Shown: positions 10,424 to 22,356 of the stretch, piece by piece
Numbering within the stretch: the stretch's first letter is position 1
How the letters are laid out: each line of letters begins with the position of its first letter
NCBI RefSeq assembly: GCF_038025025.1
Contig: NW_027117342.1
Span: 558,001 to 622,000 of the forward strand
DNA length: 64,000 bases
Reading direction: 5' to 3'
DNA from: Phyllosticta citribraziliensis
Lineage: Eukaryota
Position numbers and translations under genes: made by a program
The notes under the pieces: model-generated
The model's input: only the letters and a program-made list of their open reading frames with translations
What the model was told of the DNA's origin: nothing
Database searches by the model: none

Positions 10424-12449
10424 ATGAGCGAGACGGACGCTCCCACGGTTGAGTCGACAGCCGCCAAGCCAAAACGAGTCCGCACCGGCTGCCTGACGTG
10501 TAGGGAACGCCATCTCAAGTGCGACGAGGCCCTCCCGCACTGCCAAAACTGTCGCAAGTCAAACAGGCTATGCAAGCGCGGCATACGCCTCAACTTCATC
10601 GACACGACGGTCCAAGCCCCGCCCGTGGTGCCCACCTCGCATGACTGGAACGTTAGCTTCCTGGACGAGTCGCGCGACATTGCTTCCGAATACAAGGGCG
10701 GACTGAGCAAGTATGGAGCTCCCGAGGTGCAAGCAACGGCGCAGGCCATGAACGGCTTGGCCCTCGACTTTTCAACCACGTCTGCGCCCCCCGACCTGTC
10801 TCACCAGCAGCCGCTGCCCCCGATCCAGGGCATGCTCCCAGACATGTTCCACGACGACGGTCAAAACATCATGTACGAGCATGCGCAGCAAGTGCCCGCC
10901 CGAATGTTTCAAACTGCTTCGCCCAGCAAAAACCGCGAGTTTCTCAATAATCAAGAAGAGGTCTTGTTTATGCAAGTCTTTGTCGAAGAGGTGGGAGTAT
11001 GGATGGATAGCATGGATCCGCAAAAACACGTACGTGGCGCTGTCGACGGATGCTCCCTGGGTCTGACTGTATATCTGACTGTCTAGTTTTCACGCCTCTT
11101 GCCTTTTCACGCCCTCAACGAGCCCATGCTGCTGCACGCATTCCTGGCATGTGGCGCCCGCCACTTGTCCCTGGTGAACCCGCGCTACACCGAAGAAAAG
11201 GCGCTGCACTACTACGACACGGCCACGCGCGGTCTGCTAGACTCGCTCCAAAACCCAAACCGAGATACCGTCATATGCGCCACAACGGCCGTGATCTTGA
11301 ACGTGTACGAAATCATGTGCGAAAAGGCGCTGCAGCGAATGAACCACATTGCCGGCGCGCGAGCTCTCATCAAAGACTGTGGCTGGAACGCGCGGTCGAC
11401 AGGCATAGGAGCCGCTTCCTTCTGGCTCAACATAGGAATGGAATTGCTTAGCTGTCTTCACTTTAACTGGAAAATCGCGTGGGATCCAGACGAATGGGGC
11501 GTTGAACTGGATTTTTCGCGAGAGACTGACGCCGGCCGGGAGGAGGCTTGGGCGCACCGCATCGTCTACATCGTAGCGAAGATTTGCAACTTCCGGGCCT
11601 CTGCTCCACGCAAGCCGGCCGGGTCGCCGCGAGACGAGCAGCTTCGCACGCAAAAGAGGTTTTCCGAATGGCACAAGCTCAAGGGGTTGTGTGACTCGTG
11701 GAATGAGTGCATCCCGCGGACCATGCATCCCATGGCGTATCTGTATCCTTTCCAGACGTCTTCTCAGTCGGCATTTCCAGAGGTCTGGTTGATTAAGCGC
11801 ACGACGATTGTTGCGCGGCTCTTTTACCACACGGCGCTGTGCCTGCTTGCCCAAACTCACCCAACACTATCAAGGGAGACGGATGATATGCGGGAGCTGT
11901 TGGTGCGCAACTCGCAGCTCATTTGCGGGATTGTGGCGCATGTCAAGGACCGGTAAGCTCTTGTCGTTCTCTATTAACACTTCTAACAATTTCAGGGGCG
12001 TGGCAAGCGTGGCGCTGCGCTCACTTGCTATAGCAGCCGAGTGTCTCTCGTCCAGGAGGGAGCAGGAGGAAGTTCTCAACATAATTGACAAGATACGAAT
12101 CGAGACGGGATGGCGCGTTGGATTCATCAACACTGAACTGAAGAAGCATTGGGGATGGCAGGACGACATGCTCGCGAGCCCTGCGTCGATGCAGTTTCAA
12201 GGGGCAGTTCAACCGCAGACCACGACCATTCCCATGTCCCTCCCGCCTGCTCCAGCTCCACCACCCAGCTCTGGCAGCGTTTCCAGTTCGACGTCGAACG
12301 GTTCGCGGCCGAGGCTCCCTTCAGGAATCCTCAACCCGATGCTGACGGCCGCCGACTTTTCACTGCCGCAGCATCCTTATCAAAATTACTATGTACCGGT
12401 GGCGCCTAATTTGACCAACGCCCAGGGGAACTGGGCCTTTAACGCGTGA
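10424..12449 (+). CDS. Zn(II)2Cys6 transcription factor with fungal-specific TF domain, 2 introns
   Basis: GCLTCRERHLKCDEALPHCQNCRKSNRLC zinc cluster; introns 11030-11086 and ~11953-11995 join the three ORFs. Confidence 0.92.
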
Positions 12450-12993
12450 TGATGCGCAGCAAAAAAGTTTTTTTTTTTTTTTTTTTTTTCTTTTTCTTTC
12501 TTAGACTGGGCATCACCTTCCCCACGACGACCAGACGGCCTCTTTACTTGTTTTGTTTTCATAGACGGGACACGCAAGACGACGACTCACGACGGACCGA
12601 CGGACGGCATTCTCTATGTGTGTTTTTTGTGCCATCTCGGCTCTATCAGTCTCTTCCGAGCATGCGGTGGCGCTGGAGATGGGATCTTTAGGAGATGTTT
12701 ACTGTAGGCGCTTGGCGTGGCATATTGTACTATACGCAAGAATCAGAAGCATGGGTGGGTGGAGTCGACAACGAATGCAAGTCGTCGCGAGTTACCTCGG
12801 CATCTCCACAGTCTTGGCACATGCTCCAACGGCCCTGCCCGTCATGCTTGCGCCACTCCCTCTCCGTCCCGACGTCTGCACCTAGCGCCCTCTTCCCCGA
12901 TAGCGCCCGTCTGCTAGGCCGTCAATGACATCTTATACCTGACCGGCGTCACGCAATGGGTTGCCGCGATTGACTTCCTCCTCGTCCTCCACC

Positions 12994-15778
12994 ATGGCCA
13001 AATCCAACAGCGGCAATGCTGCTCCTACGTCGGCGCCCGATTTGAGCATTCTCGGCGACAACCTGACGCTCCATCCCGCCGGCTTCGATGCGACCTCTCC
13101 TCCCCCGCCCAGCGCGACGCCCGAGTCGTCGTCGCTGCCCTCGCCGGACCAGAACCTGGTCGAGGGCATGGCGCGCTTCCGCGCGGCGCCTCTCGATTTC
13201 CTGCGCGAGCTGTCGTCGCACGTGTCTGGGTCCGGCTGGCGCAGCTACGACAAGATTGTCGGGCAGCCGATATACTACGCGGGCTTCACCGAGACGATGA
13301 AGAGCCGCGTCATGGCGGTGCCGATGCTGCGGGCCAAGATATCTGAGCTGGCGGCCAAGCGCGCAGAGGTCGAGGAGAGCGAGGGCCGCTTCGGGCAGGG
13401 CGAGAGCGAGGGCGAGTCTGAAGAGGAGGATGTCAAGATGAGGAGCGCGGCGGACAAGCGGGCGCGGCGGAGATGGCTTCGGCGTGAGAGGAGGCGGCGC
13501 GAGATTGAGGATCAGCTGCGCGACGTGGTTGAAACTATGACGGATAACATGATTTGCAAAATGGAGAGCAAGCGCTTTATCAGGGGGGCATACTACCTTG
13601 CGACGCAGCTGTTGACGCGGGCATACCACCAAGGTGAGTTCCCGTCCCCAGCGACAGAACCGTGCTAACGCCCGTCCCAGGTATCCATGTGTCGTCCGAA
13701 GAGGTACTTCGTCTGCGCGCCGTCGCTGAAAAGGCCGAAAAGGACAAACACTCCATCATCTTTCTGCCTTGCCATCGGTCCCACGTCGACTACGTCTCGC
13801 TGCAGCTCATTTGCTACCGGTTAGGCCTGGCTCTTCCGACGGTCGTGGCGGGCGACAATCTCAACTTTCCGCTCGTCGGGTCGTTTTTGCAACATGCTGG
13901 TATGTGTAACGAACAGAGATGAAGGAACAAGTCTGACGGACGGGACAGGCGCCATGTGGATCCGCCGCAGCTTTGGCGACGACCAGCTGTACACGACGCT
14001 CGTCCAGTCGTACATGGACACGTTGCTGACGTACGGCTACAATTTCGAGTGCTTCATAGGTCAGTGGAACCCGTGAGTCAAGGGGATCGACTGACTTGAA
14101 TCAGAGGGTGGCCGCTCGCGCACGGGCAAGCTTTTACCGCCCAAATTTGGGATCCTGCGCTTCCTGCTCGATAGCGTCTTGTCGGGGAGAGTCGACGATG
14201 CCATTATCTGTCCTGTGAGCACGCAGTACGACAAGGTGATCGAAGTCGAGTAAGTTTGTTGTATTTTGATTGGATGCAGCTAATGTTGGCAGCTCCTACA
14301 TTAGCGAGCTTCTGGGTCAGCCCAAGGCCAAGGAGAACCTGAGGGATTTCCTCTCTGCTTCGTCGGTGCTGTCACTGAAGCTGGGCCGCGTCGACGTGCG
14401 CTTCCACGAGCCATGGAGCCTGCGCGGCTTCATTGACCAGCAGCGCGCGCGGTATCAACAGATACCGTACCAGCTCGACGCGCCCGACTTTGAAAAGGAA
14501 TTCAAACTGCGCCTGTTGCGGACCCTGGGGTACCGCGTGCTGTCTGAAATCAACGCCGTGTCCGTCGTCATGCCCACGGCCCTGGTCGGCACGGTGTTGC
14601 TGACGCTTCGAGGCCGCGGCGTGGGCAAGAGTGAGCTGGTGCGGCGCGTCGACTGGCTGAGCCAACGCGTCCAGAGCCAGGGAGGCAGAGTTGCGCACTT
14701 TGGCGGACTCCCCACTGAGACCGTCGTCGAGCGAGCGTTGGATGTTCTGGGGCCTGAGTTGGTCGGCCTGGTCCCAGGTCTCCCTGAGCTCACTTTCTAC
14801 GCGGTGGATCGCTTTCAGCTTTCATTCTACCGCAACATGACGATACATCTTTTCATCCTGCAGGCGCTCGTCTCGGTGGGCATGTATATTCGCATCAAGC
14901 AGGGCGGCGGCCCCGAGAATCAGCGCATCTCCCACCAGGAACTGTACGACTACGTCTCGTTCCTGTCGCAGCTCTTCCGGGGCGAGTTCATCTTCCCGAC
15001 CGAGGGCCTGGCCGCCAACTTGGAAAAGACGCTGCGCGGGCTCGAGATGGACAACGTCGTGCGCGTCATCCGCAGCGCGAGCGACATGGCCCACATCGAC
15101 TACGTCGAGCTGGCGCCCGCCGAGCGCGAGTGCGGCCGCGAAAACTACGACTTCTACTGCTTCCTGCTGTGGCCTTTTGTCGAGGCGTCATGGCTCGGAG
15201 CCGTCAGTCTGATGATGCTCACACCGCCAGCCTCCTCGTCCACCGACGGCGACGACAACGACGACAACAGTCCCTGGCTCGATCAGAAAAAAGCGCAGGA
15301 CCGCGCGCAGCTGCTCGGCAAGACGCTGTACCACCAGGGCGACCTGTCGTACTTTGAAGCCGTCAACAAGGAGACGCTCAAGAACGCGTACACGCGCTTC
15401 GAGGACGAGGGCATCCTGCAAGTGGCCCGCTCGCGCGACGCCCGCATCCCAACCGCCATCCGCCTGGCGCCCGACTGGCGGCCCCAGCGCGACCCGGTCA
15501 CCGGCCGCCTGCTCGCCGACGGCAAGCTGTGGGCGTTTGCCGAGCGCATCAGCCAGAGCCGCCGCGAGGGCAAGAATCGCCGCGACGGCGCCACCGTGCG
15601 CAGTCGCGTGCTGAGCCTGGTCGACCTGGTCGGCGCGCCGCTGTTCGCCGAGGCGCGGCTGCCGCCGGTTGTTGCGCTGGCGGGCGAGATCGATCCGTTG
15701 GATGTGCTCGAGAAGAGCGTGGGTGGGTTGAGTAAGCAGGGGAAGGGGTCGTCGTCGAGGCCGAGGGCGCGGTTGTAG
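12994..15778 (+). CDS. Glycerol-3-phosphate/dihydroxyacetone-phosphate acyltransferase (PlsB/GNPAT type), 4 introns
   Basis: Motif I PCHRSHVD, GAMWIRR, FIEGGRSRTGK (after splicing) and PVSTQYDKVIE; C-terminus ends -ARL. Confidence 0.9.
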
Positions 15779-16079
15779 GTCGCCTGCGTTTGGGAGTGTA
15801 TGATAGGAGTGCGGGAGAGCTGGCTGTACAGCGCTGGATCGAGTAAATAGGCTTGCTTCGTACGTTCGCAAAAGCGGTCTTTCGGTGGAGCATCCTTATG
15901 ATGACGGTATGAATAGGGGCATTGAGTTACTTTTTAAGCTCTCGTTTGACCAGAGGCCTGAGAGCTGTATTGTTTGCAATGGATAGTTACAGTGAGCGTT
16001 CAAGCGTTCGCGGACCTACATTTGTACGTGCCAGACTCGCAAGTCGCAAACCTCAGACGCTTCATTCCCATCTCCACTT

Positions 16080-17159
16080 CTACATATTAAACCCCCCATG
16101 CTCCGCCGCCTCGACAAACCGCCACAGCCCCGCGTCCCTCGCCGCCTTCTTCACCACATCCACCTCCTCCATCTTGACCGGGCGATTGATATCCTTATAC
16201 CTAACCTCCTTCTCCTTCCCCTTCCCCCGCCCCTGCTTCCCCACATGCGCGCGCGGAAAATACTGCTCCATGACGTGCACCATGAGATCACGACTGACGT
16301 TGCGCGCCAGCCAGCGCACAATCTCGACGCCCTCGTCCGCATACCCGGGCATGACGAGGTGCCGCACGAGGACGCCGCGCTGCGCGATGCCGTCGGGCGT
16401 GAACACCAGGTCGCCGACCTGCGCGTGCATGGCCGCGACGCTCTCGCACGCCGCCTGCCGGTAGTTTTCCGCCTTCAGTAGACGCTTCGCCGTCGCCGGC
16501 TCCCACACCTTGAAGTCCGGCAGGTAGATGTCGACGACGCCGTCCAGCAGCGCGATGCTTTCCAGGCTGTCGAACGCGCTGGTGTTATACACGACGGGAA
16601 TGCGCAGGCCCATGTCCGCAGCGTGCAGCACAGCCAGCACGACCTGCGGGACGACGTGCTCGGGCGTCACAAAATTGACATTGTGGCAGCGGCCCAGCGT
16701 CTGCAGCTTCAGCAGCCACTGCGCCAGCTCCTCGGGCGCCAGGTCGAAGCCCGCCTTGCGGTGCGCGATGTCGTGGTTCTGGCAGAAGACGCAGCGCAGG
16801 TTGCAGCCGCTGAAGAAGACGCTGCCGCTGCCGCGGTGGCCCTGCAGGCACGGCTCTTCGCCGAAGTGCGGCGCGATCGTGTTGACCGACACGCTGGACC
16901 CCGGGATGAGGCAGTGCCCGGTTGTTTGGAAGCGGTTCACGTTGCAGAGACGCGGGCACAGGTTGCACGCGCTGAGGTGCGCGTAGGCCTGGCTGCGTTT
17001 CTTTGCCGCGTCGATGGATGAGAGCTGCTTGTATCGCGGCGTGTAGTCGTCGACCAGGAACGGCGGGGCGAGGTAGAGCGAGCGGCGGGCCGCGGCGGCT
17101 CCAAGCCAACGGGGAGCGCGCGGACGCAGTCGGCTTAGCCGTGTGGCGGAGAGCGGCAT
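16080..17159 (-). CDS. Radical SAM protein, PflX-like (PFL-activating-enzyme related), likely mitochondrial
   Basis: CNLRCVFC radical SAM CxxxCxxC, N-terminal CNLCPRLC..C, PHFGEEPCL.G..GSG, DIYLPDFK and RHLVMPG; Arg-rich, acid-free presequence. Confidence 0.9.
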   Translation of the reverse strand: MPLSATRLSRLRPRAPRWLGAAAARRSLYLAPPFLVDDYTPRYKQLSSIDAAKKRSQAYAHLSACNLCPRLCNVNRFQTTGHCLIPGSSVSVNTIAPHFGEEPCLQGHRGSGSVFFSGCNLRCVFCQNHDIAHRKAGFDLAPEELAQWLLKLQTLGRCHNVNFVTPEHVVPQVVLAVLHAADMGLRIPVVYNTSAFDSLESIALLDGVVDIYLPDFKVWEPATAKRLLKAENYRQAACESVAAMHAQVGDLVFTPDGIAQRGVLVRHLVMPGYADEGVEIVRWLARNVSRDLMVHVMEQYFPRAHVGKQGRGKGKEKEVRYKDINRPVKMEEVDVVKKAARDAGLWRFVEAAEHGGFNM

Positions 17160-17671
17160 CGCTGTGGATGGGGCACGAGGAGGTCGCTCATTCCTGAGAT
17201 TCCGTTGTTTGGTGGAGGAGTGTTGTCGGAGAGAGGTGCGGCTGTCGGGATGGTGTACCCGGCGGATGACGTCGATGCCCGATGGGTAGTCCCTGCAGAT
17301 GACTGTCGCAGATTTGATTGGTCGATTTTCATTTGTACAACTACAGTACAGGGGTAGACATTATGCGTCAACCAGGGCGTGGCAAGGCCCGCGCCGTATT
17401 CCGAAAACGAAACGAAAATTGGAAGAGAATGCAGTAGGTAGCGGAACGAACTGAAACGAGTAAAATCCAGCGAGTGTGGAGAGAGTGAACAGGGGCATCC
17501 GTCGGGATGTCAGAATATGCAGAAAAGAGGCAATGCTGGCTTGCTGAACGAGACAAAAACAAAACAGTCTGTACAAGAGAATCAAGTCTTGACTTTTGAA
17601 AGTAATCTCAATGCTTGCAGTGAGTGAAAATGGCCAGTGGTAAAGAAAACGTAGTCTTAGTAGAGGAACAC

Positions 17672-18972
17672 TCAGCCTTTGACTTTTTCGCTCACGTCCC
17701 CCTTTTCTGAGCGTCGCAGAAAATAGCAGATGATGAGCAGAATTTCAATGACAGCTGAGACTATCCCCAGAGAGAATCCGACATTCTGCAGGACGGGTCA
17801 GCACAAGACGTCAATTAGTCTGTAAAACTCACCTGCTCAGTGCAAGTGCGCCGGTAGTCATGCACGCCCATGATGTCTACATCCTGATTTTGGCACGCCC
17901 AGTACCCCAGGCTGTCACCGCTGGAGGTCTGCTCCAAGACTTTGAATATAGCACACGCGGCGGCCCAGCCGGCAATGAAGAAGAAGCCCGCGCCAATGCG
18001 GAATCCCTCCAGCCAACCAACGGGCTTCATGAAGCGCCTCCGCAGGCTGAAGCCCCACACAACGAGCGTGGTGCAGCAAGAGAGGAAGCCTGCAGCGAGC
18101 AGCAGCCACGATGGAATCAGGTTGAGGTTGCTGGGCCAGGTTGGGTGCGCGTCAGACGACGTGTCGATAGTGCCGCCGAGCTTGAGGCCGCCGTATAAAC
18201 CGAGACTGTGACCCATGACGATGGCTACGACGGCAGTGGTGACTGTCAGGGCTGGAATCAACGTCCACTGAGCCATGTGCACCCAAGACCGCTTCTTGGG
18301 GACAGCAGGACCTTCGGTGATCCCTACTTCCGTCACTGTTGAAAAGCGAGACTTGGAGGCGAGGGCCGGAGGCGGCGATGGAATAGGTGGCGATTGTCGC
18401 GGGTCTGGGCTCAGCGGCACCTCTTGCATCTTTTGAGGGTGGACCACCAGTGTCGTCGTGCTCTCCATGGAGTCGTAAGTTCCGTACGCAGAGGCATCGT
18501 GAGAGGAGACTCGGGCATGTCCTTGACTGTAAACGCTCGGGCTCGGGGGGCAATTGATCGGCTTAGGGGAGCTTGTCTGCCGCATCGGAGGTCCGCCACC
18601 CCGGTGCCGAGCTGGGGATGGCTCTCGATAAGCGGATCGGGGCGAAGGCACTGGCAGGATTTCGTTGGACCATTCTTCTCGATGATGAGAACGGGGTGTT
18701 GGTGGTTCGTCGACAAAGGGGAATCGTGGCTTTGGGGAAGCAACGGGCGAGTAAGGAGCGGGCGATGCTACTGGTCGAGATGATGCCACTGGTCGAGGTG
18801 ATGATGCTGGCGAGTATGGAGAATATGGCGTGTACACTCGTGAAGGCGAAGGCGCCCCTGACCGAGAAGGCGAAAAGGCCGCGGGCGAAGACGGAGAAAA
18901 GACGTAGTCTGTACTCGGCGTTCTCTCTGGACGGCGCGGAGGACGTCTCGGCTGCTGGGGCGAAAAAGACAT
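17672..18972 (-). CDS. Hypothetical membrane protein: Pro/Ser-rich N-terminus plus ~4 TM segments, 1 intron
   Basis: ORF 17815-18972 is spliced (GTGAGT...GCTGAC...CAG, ~17832-17786) to a last exon NVGFSLGIVSAVIEILLIICYFLRRSEKGDVSEKVKG*. Confidence 0.75.
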
Positions 18973-19655
18973 GGCAAAGAAGACTAGAGATCAACTCGAT
19001 AACGAACAAAAGAGAGAGGAAGCGCGAGGGCGACACTCCTCCGTCGGCCAGGCAGTCCAGGCACCCAGATTTTGGCGAGCTTCTAAAAGGAGCAGAACGA
19101 CGTGATCCATGCCGTATACCCACCTTTGCCGCAGCTAGAGGGAGTATGCCGGCGGGACGGGCCTGATTGGGATGTCAGACAGGGACGCAAATGTAGGGCT
19201 ACGGTCTGGCCCTTTTCTCCGTCTGCATCTTCCTGCGCCACAGCACTCTGCCGGGTTGAAGCTGGAAGCTCAGGGGAATTCAAACAAGACCTGAGGAGCG
19301 GACCGACACGAAAGCCTGAAACAAGCAATAGGCATGCAAACGCGTGTCTACACAGCCGTTGGTTGAAGTTTCAGGTATGTGGAGAAGCAGATGTGCCTGA
19401 TTTACGAGATCCGCAGCCGAGAGTCTGGATCTGACTGCAAGCGAGACCAAGCGACAAGCCTTTAAAAACGAATAGTCCTTCAAAACGACGAGTCTGCCCT
19501 CATGCCGAAGCTGGAAAAACGAAAAATGAATGCAACGGCCGTTGCTTGCATCAGTTGAAACCAGGGGCACAAGACGCGCGGTAGATTTTGAAACACTTGC
19601 ACAACCGATGATGCCATGATCCAGATTTCTTTTGTCGGTATATAGTCGACTCACG

Positions 19656-20426
19656 TCATGGGCTCAATCTCTCCACCCTCCAACCCGTCTCCTCCTTGTC
19701 GTCCTTGGTGTACATGAAGCGGTCGTGCAGTCTGCTCTCCCTGCCCTGCCAAAATTCAATCATGTCGGGGATGACTCTTAGGCCGCCCCAAAAAGGAGGC
19801 ACGGGAATGTGGTCCTGGCCCTCGTATCGCTTCTCGACGTCGCTGACGCGGTCCTCGAGCTCCTGTCGCGAGGCCAGCACGCTGCTCTGGGCGCTTGCCC
19901 ACGCGCCAATCCGCGAGCCGCGGATGCGAGTGTCGTAGTAGAGCTGCGACTCTTGGTCCGACAGCCGCTCGACGGCGCCCTCGACGCGCACCTGGCGCTC
20001 CAGATCCTGCCACCAAAAAGTGAGGGCGGCGTGGGGGTTGGAGGCGACGTCTGCGGCCTTGCGGCTGGTTCCCCAATTGCTGTAAATGACGAAACCACGG
20101 GCGTCCAGTTCCTTGAGGTACACCATGCGCGCCGAGACGCGGCCGCTGGGCAAATGGGCGGTTGACAGCGTGACGGTCTCGGGGTGGTACACTTTGGCGG
20201 CTTGAGCGTCGGAGAACCAGGTGTGGAATTGCGTCAATGGCGAGGGCGAGAGATCTTGTTGGTCGAGAGCGCCTTTTTGGAATTGGCCAGCCTGCGACAG
20301 TTGCCCGCTGTCGCCGGGAGCAAAGATGAGCTTTTCTTGCTTTGCGCTGTGTAACATTGCCGCAGAGGTGAAGCGGCGAATCGTGGGAAAGGCAGATTGG
20401 AGGCGAGCTGCCCGTAAGACCAACAT
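19656..20426 (-). CDS. PDX3: Pyridoxamine 5'-phosphate oxidase
   Basis: SARMVYLK, SRKA, RQVRVEG, SRIGAWASAQS, EFWQGRESRLHDR and ERLSP. Confidence 0.97.
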   Translation of the reverse strand: MLVLRAARLQSAFPTIRRFTSAAMLHSAKQEKLIFAPGDSGQLSQAGQFQKGALDQQDLSPSPLTQFHTWFSDAQAAKVYHPETVTLSTAHLPSGRVSARMVYLKELDARGFVIYSNWGTSRKAADVASNPHAALTFWWQDLERQVRVEGAVERLSDQESQLYYDTRIRGSRIGAWASAQSSVLASRQELEDRVSDVEKRYEGQDHIPVPPFWGGLRVIPDMIEFWQGRESRLHDRFMYTKDDKEETGWRVERLSP

Positions 20427-20545
20427 GCAGTGTTGGATTTGTTGAGCGTGGTGAGATGATGCTGGTGACTCGGGCTTCGACTGGAAGCGTCATCGACGTG
20501 GTCTTATCGATATCACGGCTAGCTGGAAACTTTCCACACCACATC

Positions 20546-21265
20546 ATGGCATCACCCCCACCCCCAGACAACCCATCCGTGGCCCTCCTGTCGCGTGCCC
20601 ATTCGCCCGGCTCCGTCTCGCGCATCCACTCTGAAAAGGTTTCCAAGAAACCGCTCCTCCTCCGCCCCACCGAACCCGATGCGTCCAACGCCCGCGGCCA
20701 ACGCCAACGCGTGGCACTCGACCGATCACGAAATGCCCGCAGGAGCAACAAACCGCGACCGCTGAGCGCAAAGCAGAAGCGAGCATTATGCCTCTACGAC
20801 ATTCCCAAGGAGAGGAGAAAGTGGAGCTTATATGTTGGGCTGCACAAGATGTGGTGCGCATACATGCAGGAAATACTAGGGGAGACGGCATACTTGACGG
20901 CAGCAGCGGCAGGGCCCAAGCTGACCAGCGCCGACTTTCACGGGGCCATGGTTGAAGTGGTGCGCAGTCGATGTGTGGGCAGGGTGGGCGTCAAGGGAAT
21001 CGTGGTCAAGGACACCAAGTTTACGTTTGTGGTGGTAACCCCAGCAGACGAGATCAAGAGTGAGTTTATGGATATTGTGCAGGAGCTGTTTCTGACAGAC
21101 ACAGCCGTACCCAAGGAGCACACCATCTTTCGCTTCGAGCTGCCGCTGGAAAAGGACAATGCCGAAAAACCGCTAGTCTTTGAGCTGCATGGATCGCAGT
21201 TTGAGAATCGGGCGCCGGACAGGGCAAACAAGAAATTTAAGCAGCACTTTTCGCCAGATTTGTAG
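20546..21265 (+). CDS. POP4: RNase P/MRP subunit Pop4 (p29), with a 45-nt in-frame intron 21060-21104
   Basis: LHKMWCAYM, KLTSADFHGA, VVRSRC..RVG.KGIVVKDTK, KTVPKEHTIF (after splicing) and HGSQFENRAPDRANKKFK. Confidence 0.92.
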   Translation: MASPPPPDNPSVALLSRAHSPGSVSRIHSEKVSKKPLLLRPTEPDASNARGQRQRVALDRSRNARRSNKPRPLSAKQKRALCLYDIPKERRKWSLYVGLHKMWCAYMQEILGETAYLTAAAAGPKLTSADFHGAMVEVVRSRCVGRVGVKGIVVKDTKFTFVVVTPADEIKSEFMDIVQELFLTDTAVPKEHTIFRFELPLEKDNAEKPLVFELHGSQFENRAPDRANKKFKQHFSPDL

Positions 21266-21469
21266 CTGCTGGTCAAAATTGACCGAGGCCAGAGTGATCC
21301 CAGGTCAGCGCGTCGAATTTCAAGAGGTTCGCTGGCTATGCGAAGTCGAGATCGATGTCCTGGGAGATGGAGGAAACAACCAGCCACCAGATCTGCCAGC
21401 GGCGAGGCAATGGATGGCAAACTAGACAGAGGGCAGATGGAAGCTTTTCAAGGTCAACTCAACAGGCAC

Positions 21470-22324
21470 TTAATTCAGCTTATCCTTGAGCCCGCCCAAT
21501 TCGTGCGCAACATCCGCCAGGACATGAGCGTGTACACCATACGGTCTCGGCAGCTTGGCCCTCTGCGGATCATCTCTCTCGACCAAGTGTGGGTTCTCCT
21601 CATTCGAGTCTGGCGAAAAGTCAAAGCAGCGCACTTCGCAATTATCAAACGCCGTGCCTGTACATTGTCAGCGCGCTCCCTCGTCCGAACGGATGACGGA
21701 CGTACCCTTTTCAGGCCTGAAGCCGGTGAAATCCTCAATCAAATAGTGCAAGAAGGAGCCATGTGTGACCAGCGCCACGACCTCCTCATCCCTATTCCAC
21801 AGCCAGCGCCGCATATCCCTCGCTCGGCGCTCCACGGCAGTCAGCAATGACGCATACAGGCCCTTTTTGCTATTCCATCCCTCCACCACACCGTCGTACA
21901 CAATCTTGGCCCATATATCCTCGTCGACACCGTCATCGCCTGCACTCAGCATCTTTGGTACCAGCGCCTCCAGCTCCGCCCGAGTTTGTCCGACATCGCA
22001 GTCCTTCCAACCGATTTCCTGTGCGAGCGGCAGCAACAAAAAGGGCACTTCGCGCCGCTTCAGAGCGGGGGTCAGGGACAGAGCGGCCGTCTGGATGGTG
22101 CGTTTGAGCGGCGAGGCGACAACGATCGAAATGGAGTCGTGATGGGCAAACGAGCTGCGCAGAGCGGCGCATTGGGCGTGGCCGAGAGGTGTGATCAGCG
22201 GGTCTCGCAGGTGGTGACGATTCTAAGCATCCATTAGCTACATCTTGCAATCTGCAATTGAACAAACCTCGACATTGTGCTCGCCCTCGGCGTGGCGCAC
22301 CAGGTAAATGGTCTTGGGCGGCAT
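21470..22324 (-). CDS. Histidine phosphatase / phosphoglycerate mutase-like protein, 2 introns
   Basis: YLVRHAEGEHN, DPLITPLG..Q, ASPLKRTIQT, AQE, VTHGSFL and FDNCEVR after removing two GT-AG introns. Confidence 0.88.
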
Positions 22325-22356
22325 GGTGTGTAGTGTATTCTTCCGAACACGGTCAT

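Noticed and set aside
12460..12500. Poly-A/poly-T run after the Zn2Cys6 gene
   Set aside because: Simple homopolymer in a 3'-UTR with no associated element features.
21060..21104. Apparent 15-aa insertion in Pop4, and a 16-aa insertion near the URA2 C-terminus (61486-61533)
   Set aside because: Both are stop-free introns of 3n length with GTGAGT donor, branch site and CAG acceptor; removing them restores the conserved motifs.
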